The notes below the pieces were generated by a model. It did not search any database. It was not told the origin of the DNA and saw only the letters and a list, made by a program, of their open reading frames with translations. A stretch of 58,363 nucleotides of DNA, filler included, from Sluysia triapertura (Eukaryota), in assembly GCA_046118255.1 (NCBI GenBank). It is 5 parts of 5 records of this genome, joined end to end, with 100 filler letters (N's around TTAATTAATTAA, not from the genome) between each part and the next. Parts side by side here need not be neighbours in the genome. Positions count along the whole stretch, not along the records: positions 36,152 to 47,253 come from JBJNIA010188832.1; positions 47,354 to 58,363 come from JBJNIA010190219.1; 3 more parts are not named here. One strand, given 5' to 3'. A program made the translations under genes and the position numbers. Of this stretch, positions 39,996 through 52,959 are shown piece after piece (the stretch's first letter is position 1; every line of letters starts with the position of its first letter).

Positions 39996-42427
39996 TCTTT
40001 CGAGGAGCTAAATGTTGGAAAGGACCCGAAAGTTGGACACAGCTGTAACGGAATCTGACATTCACGAATTATAAAAAATAATTGATACTTGGTTTATATA
40101 TTTATTGATGAAAAATAACTTTTTAAAAAAAAGTTATCAAAAATTTATGATATAAAAGAAGTTTTACAATAATTTATGATATTTTTAATTTTATAATTAC
40201 TTATTAATTTCTGCTTACAATTGTAGGTAGATAATAACAATTATTCTAAATGAGAATTATAAAATATATATAGCGTTAGCAATACTAAAGTAAATGAATC
40301 AATACAAATATAAAGTTAACAAAAAAGCAAAATTCAGTTTATAATCGTTTATCAAGATTAGTAAATTTTAATAACTGGCACGATTCTATAAAAATCTACA
40401 TCCGAGTTTCTACCATCAATTCAAATTTTATAAATTATATAAAATTTCTACGTCATTTAATTACACTTTACTAATTAATTATTATTCGATCAAAAACATC
40501 ATTTTAGTTAACGTGCAATATATAATTATGATGAATTGAAAAAATTAACATCAACAAAATTTACATAAACAAGTTATTAAATAAACCACAACATATCAAA
40601 CCACTATAAACATAAAACACAAGCGTAGTTCTAACAATATTATATTTGCTTAAATCTTACGTGTAGTTATTATTATTATCACTATTATTATTGTATTTAC
40701 CGTTATTGTTATTATTTTTGTTGTCATTACTATTATCATTATAATTATTATTATTACGATTCGTATATACATTTAATAATTTGTGTTAATTACTTTTTTC
40801 ATTTATTATTACTTTCGACATTATTATCTTAACAATTCTCAGAAATTACACTACTTTTATTTGATCTTAAAAATGAAACACCATTTCCGTAATTTAAGCA
40901 AAAGACAGCAATTCTTGCTCTTGTACAGAACACACAATTACTAAAACAAGATATAGAAATCGTCACAAATGTAACATTAGCAGAAAAAAATCCATTTAAA
41001 AATGATTCTGACAATAAATTGTTTCAACTTCAACACCATTTTGCGAAAATCAAGATCGAGCTCAAAACTTCAATTAAATGAACTGTAAAATGAATTAAAA
41101 CAAAAAACTAAAATTAAATTAATATTTAATAAAACAATAAACTTCATAAACTAAATAAAAATATTTGAATAAAATATGAGTTACAATTAGAGTAAAAATA
41201 TAACTCTATTATATGACAATAATAGTGAAAGTAAAACAGTAGTAAAAAAGTAATCCTATTATATAACAAAAAAATTGGAACTATTGCTATTATAAAAAAT
41301 TTGATATAAATAGACGGATACTATCAACATATCTTTACAAAGATAATTGATATTTGGCTTCGAGTATTTTGGTTCAAGAATTATTTACAGCTGATTCGAG
41401 TTGATCCAAAACGAAAACATAACTTAACTGAAAAATTGAGGTATTTAATTATTAACTATTAACATATACTGATTTAATTTTTTTATACATTTTAAATCAG
41501 AATAACATTTAAGAGTGATAAAAGATTTTAAAATAGAAAATATTTATAAATCTAAAATAGCTACGTGTGGTAAATTTTGAGAAATTAGAGTCATTTTATG
41601 AGATACATTTCATTATTTTGTCACGAACTTTATATTAAATTACTTTTTAGATAGCGAATTATTAATTCGATATTTTTACATTTGATAAATAAACTTAGTT
41701 AGTTCACACAAAGTTTCATCTCGTACACCAGAGACCTAGTGAATAGTAAACACCAGTTATTATTATAAGTGTTAGAAATTAATTATCTTAAGCTCAAGTT
41801 GTAATCTTAGCACCCATAAGTCAAATAAAAAATTATTAAAAAAACTTAACACTAAATAATTCTAACAGAACAATTAAATCAAATGGTTCAGAATCGAGCG
41901 GATTTAGATAAAAAGAAGTATATAAACTGAAATTTTTTTTGAAGTCTTGGCAATATTATTAAAAAATAAATCTTGAAAATTACTTAATTAAATACACTTT
42001 AATCAATAATGCTTTATGATTATAGAATATCAGAATATTGAAGTGGAATTTTATACGTCTTCAGAGTCTTGAAAGGATTAAGCAAAAAATGTAATTAAAA
42101 CACATTTTAATTAAATGTTAATCATGGAATTAGGGAATAAGTAAAATATATTTAAATAATTTCCAGATCAATAAATTTTTAATGGTCAATGAATTTAATT
42201 CTTTTAAATGACAGTTTTTGTATTTTAATTTTATTGAATTTATTATATCAGTGTGCACTTTTACTCATCCAATTTGAATACGAAATAAATCTGAGATATA
42301 ATTTGGCAAATTTTTGGTATATATATTTATAAAATTATCTACAAAAATATAATAATTAATAATTAAAAATTTTATCAATTTTTTGATCATATCAACAATA
42401 ATAGTAGTTGATTTCCAACTTAATTTC

Positions 42428-42966
42428 ATGGATAAGAATTTACATTCTGAGTTAACACCTCATGAGTTACAAGTTTTATCACAATTACGTGGCGCAGGTG
42501 CTGTTGGAAGTTTGAATTCAAATTTCAGAGGTATTACCAGTTTATTTAAAAGTGTAAAAGTAAATTTAGAAATTGGAATAAAACCAGAAGAAATTGCGCA
42601 GCACGTACAGCATATGGAAGTAATATTCCCTCTCAGTCTCCAAAATCAATTTTCATATTAATACGGAATCACTACAAGATATCATATTTATAATATTAAT
42701 TATTGCTCCTTTATTATCTTTAGTTTTACCTTTTTATCTAAAAAGTCTCACAATACTGATTACCATGAAGCCGGTAGGATCGCAAGTGTTGTTGTTTTAG
42801 TCCTAGTAACTGTCGTGTCTTTTAATATTTTGCGAAAATGGCAATATCGCGGTTTGCAAAAGACAGTTGAAGAGAATAAAGTCAATTTAATACGTAATGG
42901 TGTTGTTACAACTGCACCATTGTAGTTAGTGGCATTTGTCTAATTAATTATGGCGATATACTCGAA
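42428..42966 (+). pseudogene. ATP2B: Plasma-membrane Ca2+-ATPase (PMCA/ATP2B) N-terminal pseudogene fragment
   Basis: LQVLSQLRG..YGSNIP..PKS..ESLQDIIFIILIIA..LSLVLPFY..QYRGLQKTVE..IRNG..INYGD, with several frameshifts and no intron. Confidence 0.85.
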
Positions 42967-44719
42967 GAAAATTATAGTAACAAGAAATCGATTTTACACA
43001 ACGAATTAACGATTTCGGTAATTAAAATTGTTTATCTTGAAATATTCGTTTTATTAAACACTGTAATTATTCTTTTTCACTTCTACAATAAAACATTTCA
43101 TTCAAGATAATTATGCATTTGAAATATACCGGAAGGCTTATTCTTAGCTGCTACAACATCATTTGATTATTCGGTTAAATAAGACGAAGATTTTGTTGAA
43201 CATTTTATTTTGCGTGACTCTATTGCTGCTAATTTTTATGTTTTATGTTTTATAGTTAATACAAAAGTTCTATTTTATTGTGCTTATTTAGTTGAATCCG
43301 TTTTTGTTAAAATTTTAATATCTTACAGTTTAAGCCGATAAAAAATTTTCGAAAGTTAAAAAAATTTTCAAATAAAATAATATACGATATTAATAATTTA
43401 ATTAAATTAACACTGAATACAATTAATAATAATGTGAAAATCCCCGTGCTCACTACATACTGATAAATACTTACCAATGTTTTATCGATACATTAGGACA
43501 AAATAATGTCAGAACAACCGAGATGTTTGAAAAGAAATTAACAGAAATATTGGGACACAGAAATTTTTTTTGGTTTCTAAGCTATGTGTTGAAATAACAA
43601 TTACATATCTCTTGATTATTGTTTAGTTTTTTAATTGTTATAAATATTATAACACTAAGTTATTTTTAATTTTATTTTAAATTTTTGAGAAAACGTTTTG
43701 TCAGGACCTAAGGCGGCTTTAAATTTAACTAAATTTAAATGTAAATGTGGTGAATCGATCATTTTCCGCAGTATTATATCATCCACACCTCATGAATACA
43801 TAGAAACTTCATTTTGAACACATTGTATAACACGACATCAATTCTCATATCTACATAACCAAACATTAACTTTTAAAATATTAAATTTGTAAACTTTAAC
43901 TTATAAGATAGTAAATTTATAAAATTAAAAATACATCTAATATATCGCTCCTTTCATTACCATGATTAAATTTTAATTTAATCATCGCTATCTTCCTTCT
44001 ACTTTCAATTACCTTCACATTTTATTTTGTTATATAAATATTTAATTTTTATTTTTTCTTAAATGATAAATGATGTGTTTTTGTAACATTATTTGTCTTA
44101 AACATTTGATTTCATCTCCTGACTTAACTATTATGATGTGGTGCCTCCTTTTCAAACAAAAACTATTACTTTATATAATATAGATTTGGGTTGCGATTCT
44201 GTAAAATATTTTGTAATTATAATGTTTAACAATCGTCATAATTAATTTTATTTAATTACAAAATGTACATTATTTGGAAACGACATGTGGATTGTAAAAT
44301 ATTTAGTTGTTTGAAGTACGACGTAATTATTCAAAATTTCTAACATTTATTGAATCGTTTAAATTTAAAAGAAAATTATTTCATTAGAATTATGAAAAAC
44401 TGAAATTTTATGTATTATTGAAATTAATAAAAAAATTGAAAGACAAAAACTAAAAAATAAAAATATTTCTTGTATTAAGATTTTACATATTTTTTTTCAT
44501 TAAAGACAGAAATTTTCGATATTTTTTTGTTTACAAAATTCTTTGGTGTTTAAAATTTAACCTTGATTTTGTAATGGCAATTTTAAAATATTTTACTTCT
44601 TTAGGGGTGATATTTTATATTTGTTTTATAATATCGAAATTTTATGTAAAAAAATGAAATGTAAAAAGTTTTAACATGTGATCAGTACTGTTCTTAAATA
44701 TATGTGTTGCGAATCCGAT

Positions 44720-46282
44720 ATTTATGTGGTGTCCCAGTTATTCATAAAATATCATCAAATTCAATTAAAAATATTCCACACACATTACAACCTCGCTACA
44801 TTTGCTAGATATCGCTTCCCTCATCTACATTAACATCGTATTACTATTGCATATTTTTTTATATTACCTCTTACTTTTTGAAATGATGGAATATGAGAAG
44901 AAAATATTTCATAAACATTATTAGTTTATTTGGAAACCATCTGAAAAATAAGTCTGTTAGAGAAATTTTTCTTTAACGAAGCTTTCCCATTCTCTTCTGA
45001 AAATATGTACAGACACAATTATGTTTATAATACATTTAAAGATAAAAAATCGGATAATTCGATCTCTTCAGAGGATGTTAGTGGTAAGACATTTTATAAT
45101 TCAACTGATAAGGTTACTTCTCGAATAGCAAGAAGTCAAGCTGCTATTGTAAGGTATTTATAAACGAAAGATGAGATAAAAAAGAATCTATACCTTCTAA
45201 AACATATGTAAGAAAACTAAATTATTGAATTGTTTAAAATTTTTCAATACATGAATGATAAACTATTAATTTTAAATGTGAGTTACAACTGTAGCGAATA
45301 TGCAGATTTAGCAGTTGAAGTTGTTAATGAAGAATCACAGTGGGAGAAAATAAAATCATTTACTGTTTAGACAAAGAAAAGAAAAGTACTTGAATGTCAA
45401 AAAGAATTTTATAATTCAAATATTAGATAATCATACTTACATGAAGAATTTATTTTATGTAAAGAACCTTTTACTTTGTTTAAGAAAGTACTTTTTAAAA
45501 AATTTTTAGTTAATCAAATTCTTTTGTATTTTTGTATTTGACTAACAGAATATTTCAAGATATGGAATCTTGTAAAATTTTACTACAGAATAATGATAAA
45601 GCAGATTTAGAAGATTTTGAAGGCATTAATTTAATGTCAGGAGCAGATCGATACAATGTATAACTCATCTAATGAATGCTTATCGTGAATCCTTTGATGA
45701 TATGAGATGCCACTTTAAAATGTATTCGAATAAATATCGCCAAGTACTACTTTTTATTGGTAAAGGAATGAAATAAAATTTAGTTATGAAAATTCAAAAG
45801 TGTTGCAAGTGTCTCGAACCAATACAGCTTTTATCATGTTTTGAAATTACTCGAACCGAAAGAGTGCGAACTTTTGTTGATTCATCAACGTAGAATTAGA
45901 CAGATGATAACCGATGATTTAGAAGTTATATGTTATATCTTTTTTTGATGTTTAGAGTTACTTCAGAAATAAGAAATGCAGTTTTATGTGTGAAAGAATT
46001 TAAAGTCATATTACATTCATCATATTTTTGTGCGATCAAGTTTTATTTTAAATTCAACTCTGAGTTCAATTTTGATTTCTGTTTTAAAGCCAAATTTTAT
46101 GATTCGAGTAATGAAAAAGGACTTAAGCCGATTTGTAATGTTACGCAATTACTAAACTTTAATAATAAAAATGACCTTAAGTCTATGTTCAATAGTTTCG
46201 CTTCTCATAATAGAATTTTAAAAGACAGAACGGGCCTTAAGCCCAATTTGTAAAAAATGTCATTTTTAAACCCGGCCATTAC
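44720..46282 (+). repeat. Dispersed repeat, copy 1 (homologue 56213-57341), with nested piggyBac-like transposase relic ~45440-45760
   Basis: Shared tgtggtgtc..ttattcataaa..ttcaatta start, cattaacatcgtatta block, and an end with three cttaagcc-like motifs and ccRgccatt. Confidence 0.7.
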
Positions 46283-46448
46283 AATTTAATACTATAGATA
46301 GGCTAAAATATAAATTTTTGATTCAGTCTATTTGAATTCAGAAGTGGCACGTGATTATTTTGATGTCCATGAGTAAAAAAATTAAAATCTTGTTAAGTAT
46401 CACATCCTTACCGCAACTTTAATAATAATAATAATAATGTAACATAAT

Positions 46449-46655
46449 TAACTAAATTATAAAATTTTCATATGTACTTTAAATTAATATAAAATTAACA
46501 TGTATGTAATAAAATATGTATAAAGAATTTTTTAGATTAACTAAATTTTTAAACTGTAATTATAAAATTTTCATATGTACTTTAAATTAAATAACTAAAC
46601 TATAAAATTAACATGTATGTAATAAAATATGTATAAAGAATTTTTAGATTAACTT
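46449..46655. repeat. ~100-bp tandem duplication
   Basis: aattataaaattttcatatgtactttaaattaa..aacatgtatgtaataaaatatgtataaagaattttt occurs twice. Confidence 0.9.
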
Positions 46656-47353
46656 AATATCTATGTATTGAAAGATAACGAAATAATCCTGTAATAAAAA
46701 TAGTAATAAAGAATTTTTAATATGAAAGCATACTATTCCAGTATAAAATAAAATAATAATAAATAGTATTATTATTAATATTATTGAATTTATATTATTG
46801 ACGTTATATTAAATTATTAATTATTGAATTTATTGACATCATATTGGATTACATTATTGAATTTATTGAATTATTAAATTTATTGACGCTGATTATTCTA
46901 TTGGATATTATATCAGTTATTATCACAAATTTTGGTATAAAAAGGGTAGACGAGAAAAACAAAACGAACAAGCAGAAAAAGAATTTTCTAAGAAGGAAAT
47001 CTTGGCAGATCCAAAATTCATCATAACTTTGTTGTGAAAGAAAGCGAACTTATCGTAAACTATTCTGTGAATATTCGATTGTTAAATATAACAAGTTTAT
47101 TACGAACGACTTTAATTTTTTTATTTGGTGTAACAAATTTAGATTAACCGAAAGGTCAGTGAGTATTTGTTTATTGTTTTATTTTGTATACTGGAATTAA
47201 TAGAATTCTCATTTTGTATTTCATAAAAGAAAATAAATAAATATATATATATANNNNNNNNNNNNNNNNNNNNNNNNNNNNNNNNNNNNNNNNNNNNTTA
47301 ATTAATTAANNNNNNNNNNNNNNNNNNNNNNNNNNNNNNNNNNNNNNNNNNNN

Positions 47354-47424
<71 letters not shown>

Positions 47425-47749
47425 CAAGTGTTTTATTTGAAAACTACTTGCAAAATGATTTTTGCTTAATGGCGGATTCATTTATAGTAAACGGATTATG
47501 CCCTTATTGGAGACGATCCTATAGCATTTTAATCAAAAAAATTCTACAATTAAAAATACTTGCTTAGCCGTTAACACCCTAAAGGTATATATTAATTTTG
47601 TCTAAAATTATTTAAATCGTTTAAGAATTACTTGCGCAATTAGCCTTTATACTTGATATTTATACCCTTAACTTTCTTACCGATAAGACCTAAAGTTTCA
47701 TAAAATTATGATAGTGATATTTACTATAATAAAATAAAATTGTTAGCCG

Positions 47750-47777
47750 GGACTGATAGTTCAGTGGGTAGAGAATT
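47750..47777 (+). tRNA. 5' half of tRNA-like gene abutting element 2
   Basis: GGACTGATAGTTCAGTGGGTAGAGAAT with upstream tataat..aaaattgtt, matching 32052-32097. GGACTGA pairs with TCAGTCC of the 26301 half. Confidence 0.75.
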
Positions 47778-48867
47778 AAAAATCCATACTCATATGATCC
47801 TGAAACCAGGTAAATGCAATGATTCTGCTTCCCTTCATCTTGGTAACCTATAGCAATTGTGGATACTTCTTATCGCCTTTATACAAAAATCTTAAATCTA
47901 TGTTTGATTGATTGGATCTTACTCAGGAATTTCATCAACTAACTGGATTATCACACTTCCTGTGATGGCAATCCCTGAAATGACATTCTCTTTTGACATC
48001 ATCTCTTTGGCAATCCCGACTCACCAACAGGTTGAATTCTGAATTTTCTGATAATACTTTCTTTTTCCTGATCAAAGCGCGAACCAATACTCTTGCCCTT
48101 AACTTTTCAAGAAGAAATCTGAAGATGAATATTACTACCAACTGTCGGCGATGCTTCTTCAAATGTTCATCTGTCCCCCATGTTCTCAATCATTTCCCTT
48201 GCTCTTCGGATTGTTACAACATTTCTAAGGGATAATGATATTGATGTCGACTGTGATGTGGAATGCAGTGTCCTTTCTAATCGTTCTGATATTCCGGAGG
48301 ATATCAAACGACATCGACTTGACTTATTTTTTCAATTTAATAACTGTTTTTACATTATTGATATCAAAACACCATTTGATAAAATAGAATCGTATGCTGA
48401 TATACATAAAGAAAACTCTTTAAAATACTTGCCCTTTTTTCAATATCTTAGTAAAATTGTTAGATCTAAAGTTAAAATTTTCACCCTTATATTTCCCATA
48501 CTTGGCACAGTGGGCACTGAAAATATAGATACTCTTAAAAATTTTAAATTTAGTAAACTGGCAATCAATAAACTTTTGGTTGATATTACATCCCAGATGG
48601 TGAAGATGTCACACCGCATCTACATCAACCATATTCTTTCGCGCTATCCAAAACTGCGCCGCCGTGCTGCTGCCCTAGCTCCAGTTCAGCAACAAATCCC
48701 AGATCCAGTTCCAGCTGCTACTGCTGATCCTGTGAAGAAAAATACTACAAACTCTGATTGATATGACTTATGAACCTTGATTGTTCGCACTCTAAATGTA
48801 TATGAAAACCATTATTTGGTTCTGCCATCGGGCGAAGGCTTTCGAATTAATAGTTAATTCATTTTTC

Positions 48868-48868
<1 letters not shown>
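47778..48868 (+). mobile_element. 5'-truncated RLE non-LTR retrotransposon (NeSL-clade), element 2
   Basis: KPGKC (RT6-like), FLIKARTNTL, CRRC..HVLNH..C knuckle, RLDL..IIDIKTPFD..KY (PD-D/ExK-type RLE), IYINH; 3' UTR followed by (TTA)n. Confidence 0.85.
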
Positions 48869-48915
<47 letters not shown>

Positions 48916-48917
<2 letters not shown>

Positions 48918-50640
48918 GTTCTTCTTCGATGAAGTATTGGAGAGCCCTTGTGACTCTGTAAAAGTTCTTTCTTGAGTTCACTATCTATGGCCAGACATGC
49001 AGATGTCGTTGGTTGAGGTACATCCTCCATGATCATACCAAGTGGCCTTCTAGGTCAGTATGGATAGATTGTACTTCAATTAATGAAAATTTTATGATAT
49101 TTTCATCATTTAGCCATCAGTTCACTCTTAATATCCCAGATGCTGCTGCTGCTGATGATGATGATCAAGTTGTGATTAATTGCCTCTCACTTATATTGGG
49201 TACCACGTTAAGTTCTGTGCCTAGTCCTAGTGATGCAGATTTTACGTTCTGGCATCTTATGATGATGCAGTTCATGTGTTCCGATCCATTAAAGACCAAA
49301 GCGTTAAAGTTTATGATGATATGGTAGTTCCAGTTATTGAAGATGTAGCTGTCACTGTTGCCGCCACATTTCCTGGAAAGTTTCCTGATAAAGTCAATTT
49401 GTTACAACCCATTAAAGTTGAAAATGATGATATGGTAAATCAATACATTGATGACGCACCTGGTGATGCTATTCATGATATTCCTGTCACTATTACTACT
49501 GCTCTTTCTCCTGCTGTTGTTAATGCTACCGCTGTTTCTGACAATATTGTTGCTGCCGATACTGGTGGTTTTGCTCCTGTAGTTCGTGTTATTCGTGTTG
49601 CTGCTGAGCTTTCTGCACGGGGTCTGTCTCCTGCTAGACCATTTTATCCTGAGTATCCAGCAAGCCGTGCTCCTGAGGTGAATGCAGTTACCTGGATGTT
49701 CCTGACAAAGGGAATTATTTAATGCATTCTGAGTGCTTTACAAAGGGCCTATCCGCAGTTAGGCCGTTGTACTCCAAGTATCGAGTAAGTTGTGCTCTTG
49801 TGGTACGTGCTACTCACCCGGTTATTCCAGCCAATCCATCAAGCACATTGATGGTTCCAGTTTGTGTATTTCTTGTTATTCTATGTGATCCGAACTTTTT
49901 CTTGTGTATGCCTGCTCTTTAAATATGTGATTGATGTTTGATTTATTATGTGAAATTTATTATATTTTTTATTCTTTATGCTTTCCTTTACTGGTTAACT
50001 TCCAAACCTATTCTCTCCGGAGGTGGTCCAGGTCATAATGATCTTTGGCTCTATGAAGACGAGATAGAGCTGTCTGCACTGTCTCTTCCAAGTCACATCC
50101 ATTTCTTAATCCGCGACACTTTAAAACATCTATTCTTGGTTAGACCCCTGGTTTCAGCATCATATGTGCAATATTACATATTTCCAACCACTTTTCCCTC
50201 CTTGTTATGGACTTAAACAAAGGTCAGTCCTATGTTCTTGACCCACTACGTGCCAATAATAATTCTACCACCATCTCCAAGGGTAGAACCCTTTCATTCC
50301 AAGTTTGCAGGCTCCTAAATCTACCCGATGTTTCATTTCTTGAGCATGCGCCACAACCCTTATGACTGTGGCATTATGGCTTGCGGGTACTTGGATACTC
50401 TTTCTTGGGGACGTTTTCTTTCTTCATTTCATCCTGCAGCTATTCGTAGGTTCCTACGTCCTCACAAAAGTAAAAATCTCACTAAGCGGGCTACAACCAC
50501 TGTTAGGGTTTTTTTAACCCTAAAAAATTGATAAAAGACCGCAAACCCTAATTCTTCTACCAAGGGTTTTCATTCTTCCACCAACCCTAAATTTATTAAT
50601 AATGCTAAATCTTACTCATATGTCTGGCGCTCCACATAAG
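48916..50640 (+). mobile_element. 5' segment of NeSL-like retrotransposon: zinc finger, low-complexity linker, Ulp1 (C48) protease
   Basis: LCKSSFLSSLSMARH (ZnF remnant); A/D/V/P-rich linker; then LWLYEDEI, ILHISNHFSLLVMD..YVLDPL and APQ/HNPYDCGIMAC across frameshifts. Confidence 0.75.
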
Positions 50641-51207
50641 GAAAGTTTAAACTGTATTTAAAATCATTAACATTGTTGCAAGACCTTAATCAGGCTTGCT
50701 TAACTTAATTTTCAAATTGATAATATAATTACTAAGACCAGAGATCTTAAGCAATTATTATTGTTATTATATCTATTTATTATATATTTATTATATTCTA
50801 CATTTTTTGGAAAAAATCCTTAGTGTGTTACTAATTGTTGTTAATATATATTTAAAATAATTTGGAAGATTTACTAGACCTTACTAAGGCTAGTTTAAAG
50901 TTTTAAATCTTTTATTGGATACGCTGGACCATTTTTGGCTGAGTAGTGCAACCTATTATTTGTTAAGTTAACATTGATTAAATGTTAGGTAACGTTCTAC
51001 TTGACAAGTTTAGTTCTTTTACGCATATTAAAAATCCTAATAGACCACCTTCGGTCAGTATAAGTTGTTTCTATTAGGTGGACTCGCTTCCAGAATTATA
51101 TTTGCACGCTATAAGATAGATAAAGCCTCGCAGTAGTCAAAATCAACTTTGCAAAATATGACATATTTTGAAATGATATAAATCTTTTTAAAAGTCTTGA
51201 AATAAAA

Positions 51208-51481
51208 GGTAAAACCAACATTATTAAAATCTAAAACATAATTTAAACTATCATGCTCTTTTTCATCTAATCCTCGAAGGATGTTTATGACATGAATTAA
51301 AACGAAACGCAGAAAGTAGCTATGCTAAACTTTTAGTTGATATTGGCCGATCATGTTCATGATTATACGTTTCTGCCCAAACTTGCAAACTCTTCATCAA
51401 TGGGACTGCATCTCCTTGAAATCCAGCAGCAGCTATAACCGTTTTATCAAGTTCTTCACCTAACCGCGTATCGCTATTCAT
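51208..51481 (-). pseudogene. PSMB1: Proteasome subunit beta type-1 pseudogene
   Basis: SDTRLGEE-LDKTVIAAAGFQGDAVPL..YNHEHDRPISTKSLA*LLS..NILRGLDE..NNVGF, with internal deletions and a stop. Confidence 0.8.
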
Positions 51482-52959
51482 AGAGTAGGAATTAAACAAC
51501 TTTATTCAGCTTATTTTTTATATTAGTTCGAATTCAAGAAATTCTAATCTTCAGTTTATATTCGTTATCAAATTCTGACATATAACTTTCAAAATATTAG
51601 TATTTCATTATTAACAATTGGACCAAACTGGACCAAACCGATGATATATAAAAATTCAGTCAATCAAATTTTTATTAATATAATGCCATTTCTGATTGGC
51701 GTATGAAATGTAGATTGTATTANNNNNNNNNNNNNNNNNNNNNNNNNNNNNNNNNNNNNNNNNNNNNNNNNNNNNNNNNNNNNNNNNNNNNNNNNNNNNN
51801 NNNNNNNNNNNNNNNNNNNNNNNNNNNNNNNNNNNNNNNNNNNNNNNNNNNNNNCACAGTATCGATGATTGATCAGTAAAACACTTTAAAAATTGAATTA
51901 AATGATATATCATTGTTTCATAAAACGCAACCAATTAAAGGAGACTTAGAATTTGCAAAAATGCACAATAGAATATGATTTTCAAATTTTTAATTTTCTC
52001 TCAAATCACAAATAAGTTTCTTGTTGAAATCCCGCTCTAAACAGTGATAATATGATTCTATTGAAGTCATTCGTTTTGTTCGACTTAAGTCGGGTTGAAA
52101 TTGTTTAATATTTTTGCCGCTGTTTATAGAAATTCGGTTCATTTATGTGTTTAAAGAGAGTTGAGTTACCGAAGCAGTCTGAGCGAAACATTTACATTTA
52201 CAATTTATTGAGTTTACCTTAATTAAGGTGTTACGGTCTTGACCGTGACGAGTATAACAATGTCGGCGAAGTCGTTTTACTTCATTATATGATTTACAGA
52301 TGACATAAGCACCGTAAAAACATAAGGTAACTCTGAATCTGATGACGTAGATGAAGAAGGATTTATAAGAGTTCGATTTCGATGATTTGAAGACGATTCT
52401 TCAACTTCAATTGCAATTACTAGCATATTAACACCAATTTTTGAAATGACATACAAGCAAGAGAAGGTGACAATTTTTCTCGATATAATTCACTTTCCAC
52501 AATATCAATATAGTGATTAATTCATGGACCACGAAGAGTGTTTTTATCGCGTTAGTAATGCGATAATAAAAATTGTAAAAATGTAACATGAAAAAATTAT
52601 ATAATTATACAATTGTCTAGATGTAAAATATGAGAATAAAAGACAAAAGTTGCGAGATACTAGCAAAAGGATGTTGCATCATAATGACAAGATGACAACG
52701 AGTGTTGTGTTTGATGTTTTGATCTAAAATGTTAATAAAAAGAATTTTACTAGGCATCTGTGATTTTGTCAGGATGAGTGGTGCGATGCTTTGAATGACA
52801 TGGACAAGACTTGCGATGATGTAATTTTTGTGATGAGATTTATGTAATTGGTTGGTGTGATTTATATATTGTGTAAGCAAATGTGGGCTGGATCACTACA
52901 GTAGGATTTCGAGAAAATTGACTAAATGAAGCCAATGAAAAATTAAGAAAGAAAAATAT

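Noticed and set aside
46449-46655. Tandem repeat as a CRISPR-like array
   Set aside because: Two-unit AT-rich duplication, no spacers, eukaryotic context.
11128-47309. Four TTAATTAATTAA islands between N runs
   Set aside because: Artificial scaffolding linker, not biological.
15350-51330. TAA/TAG at likely Gln positions (KTG*C, SLA*LL), suggesting a ciliate-type code
   Set aside because: The same regions carry frameshifts, and the LRRC61-like and JmjC exons use CAA/CAG with no in-frame TAR. C-to-T decay explains it.
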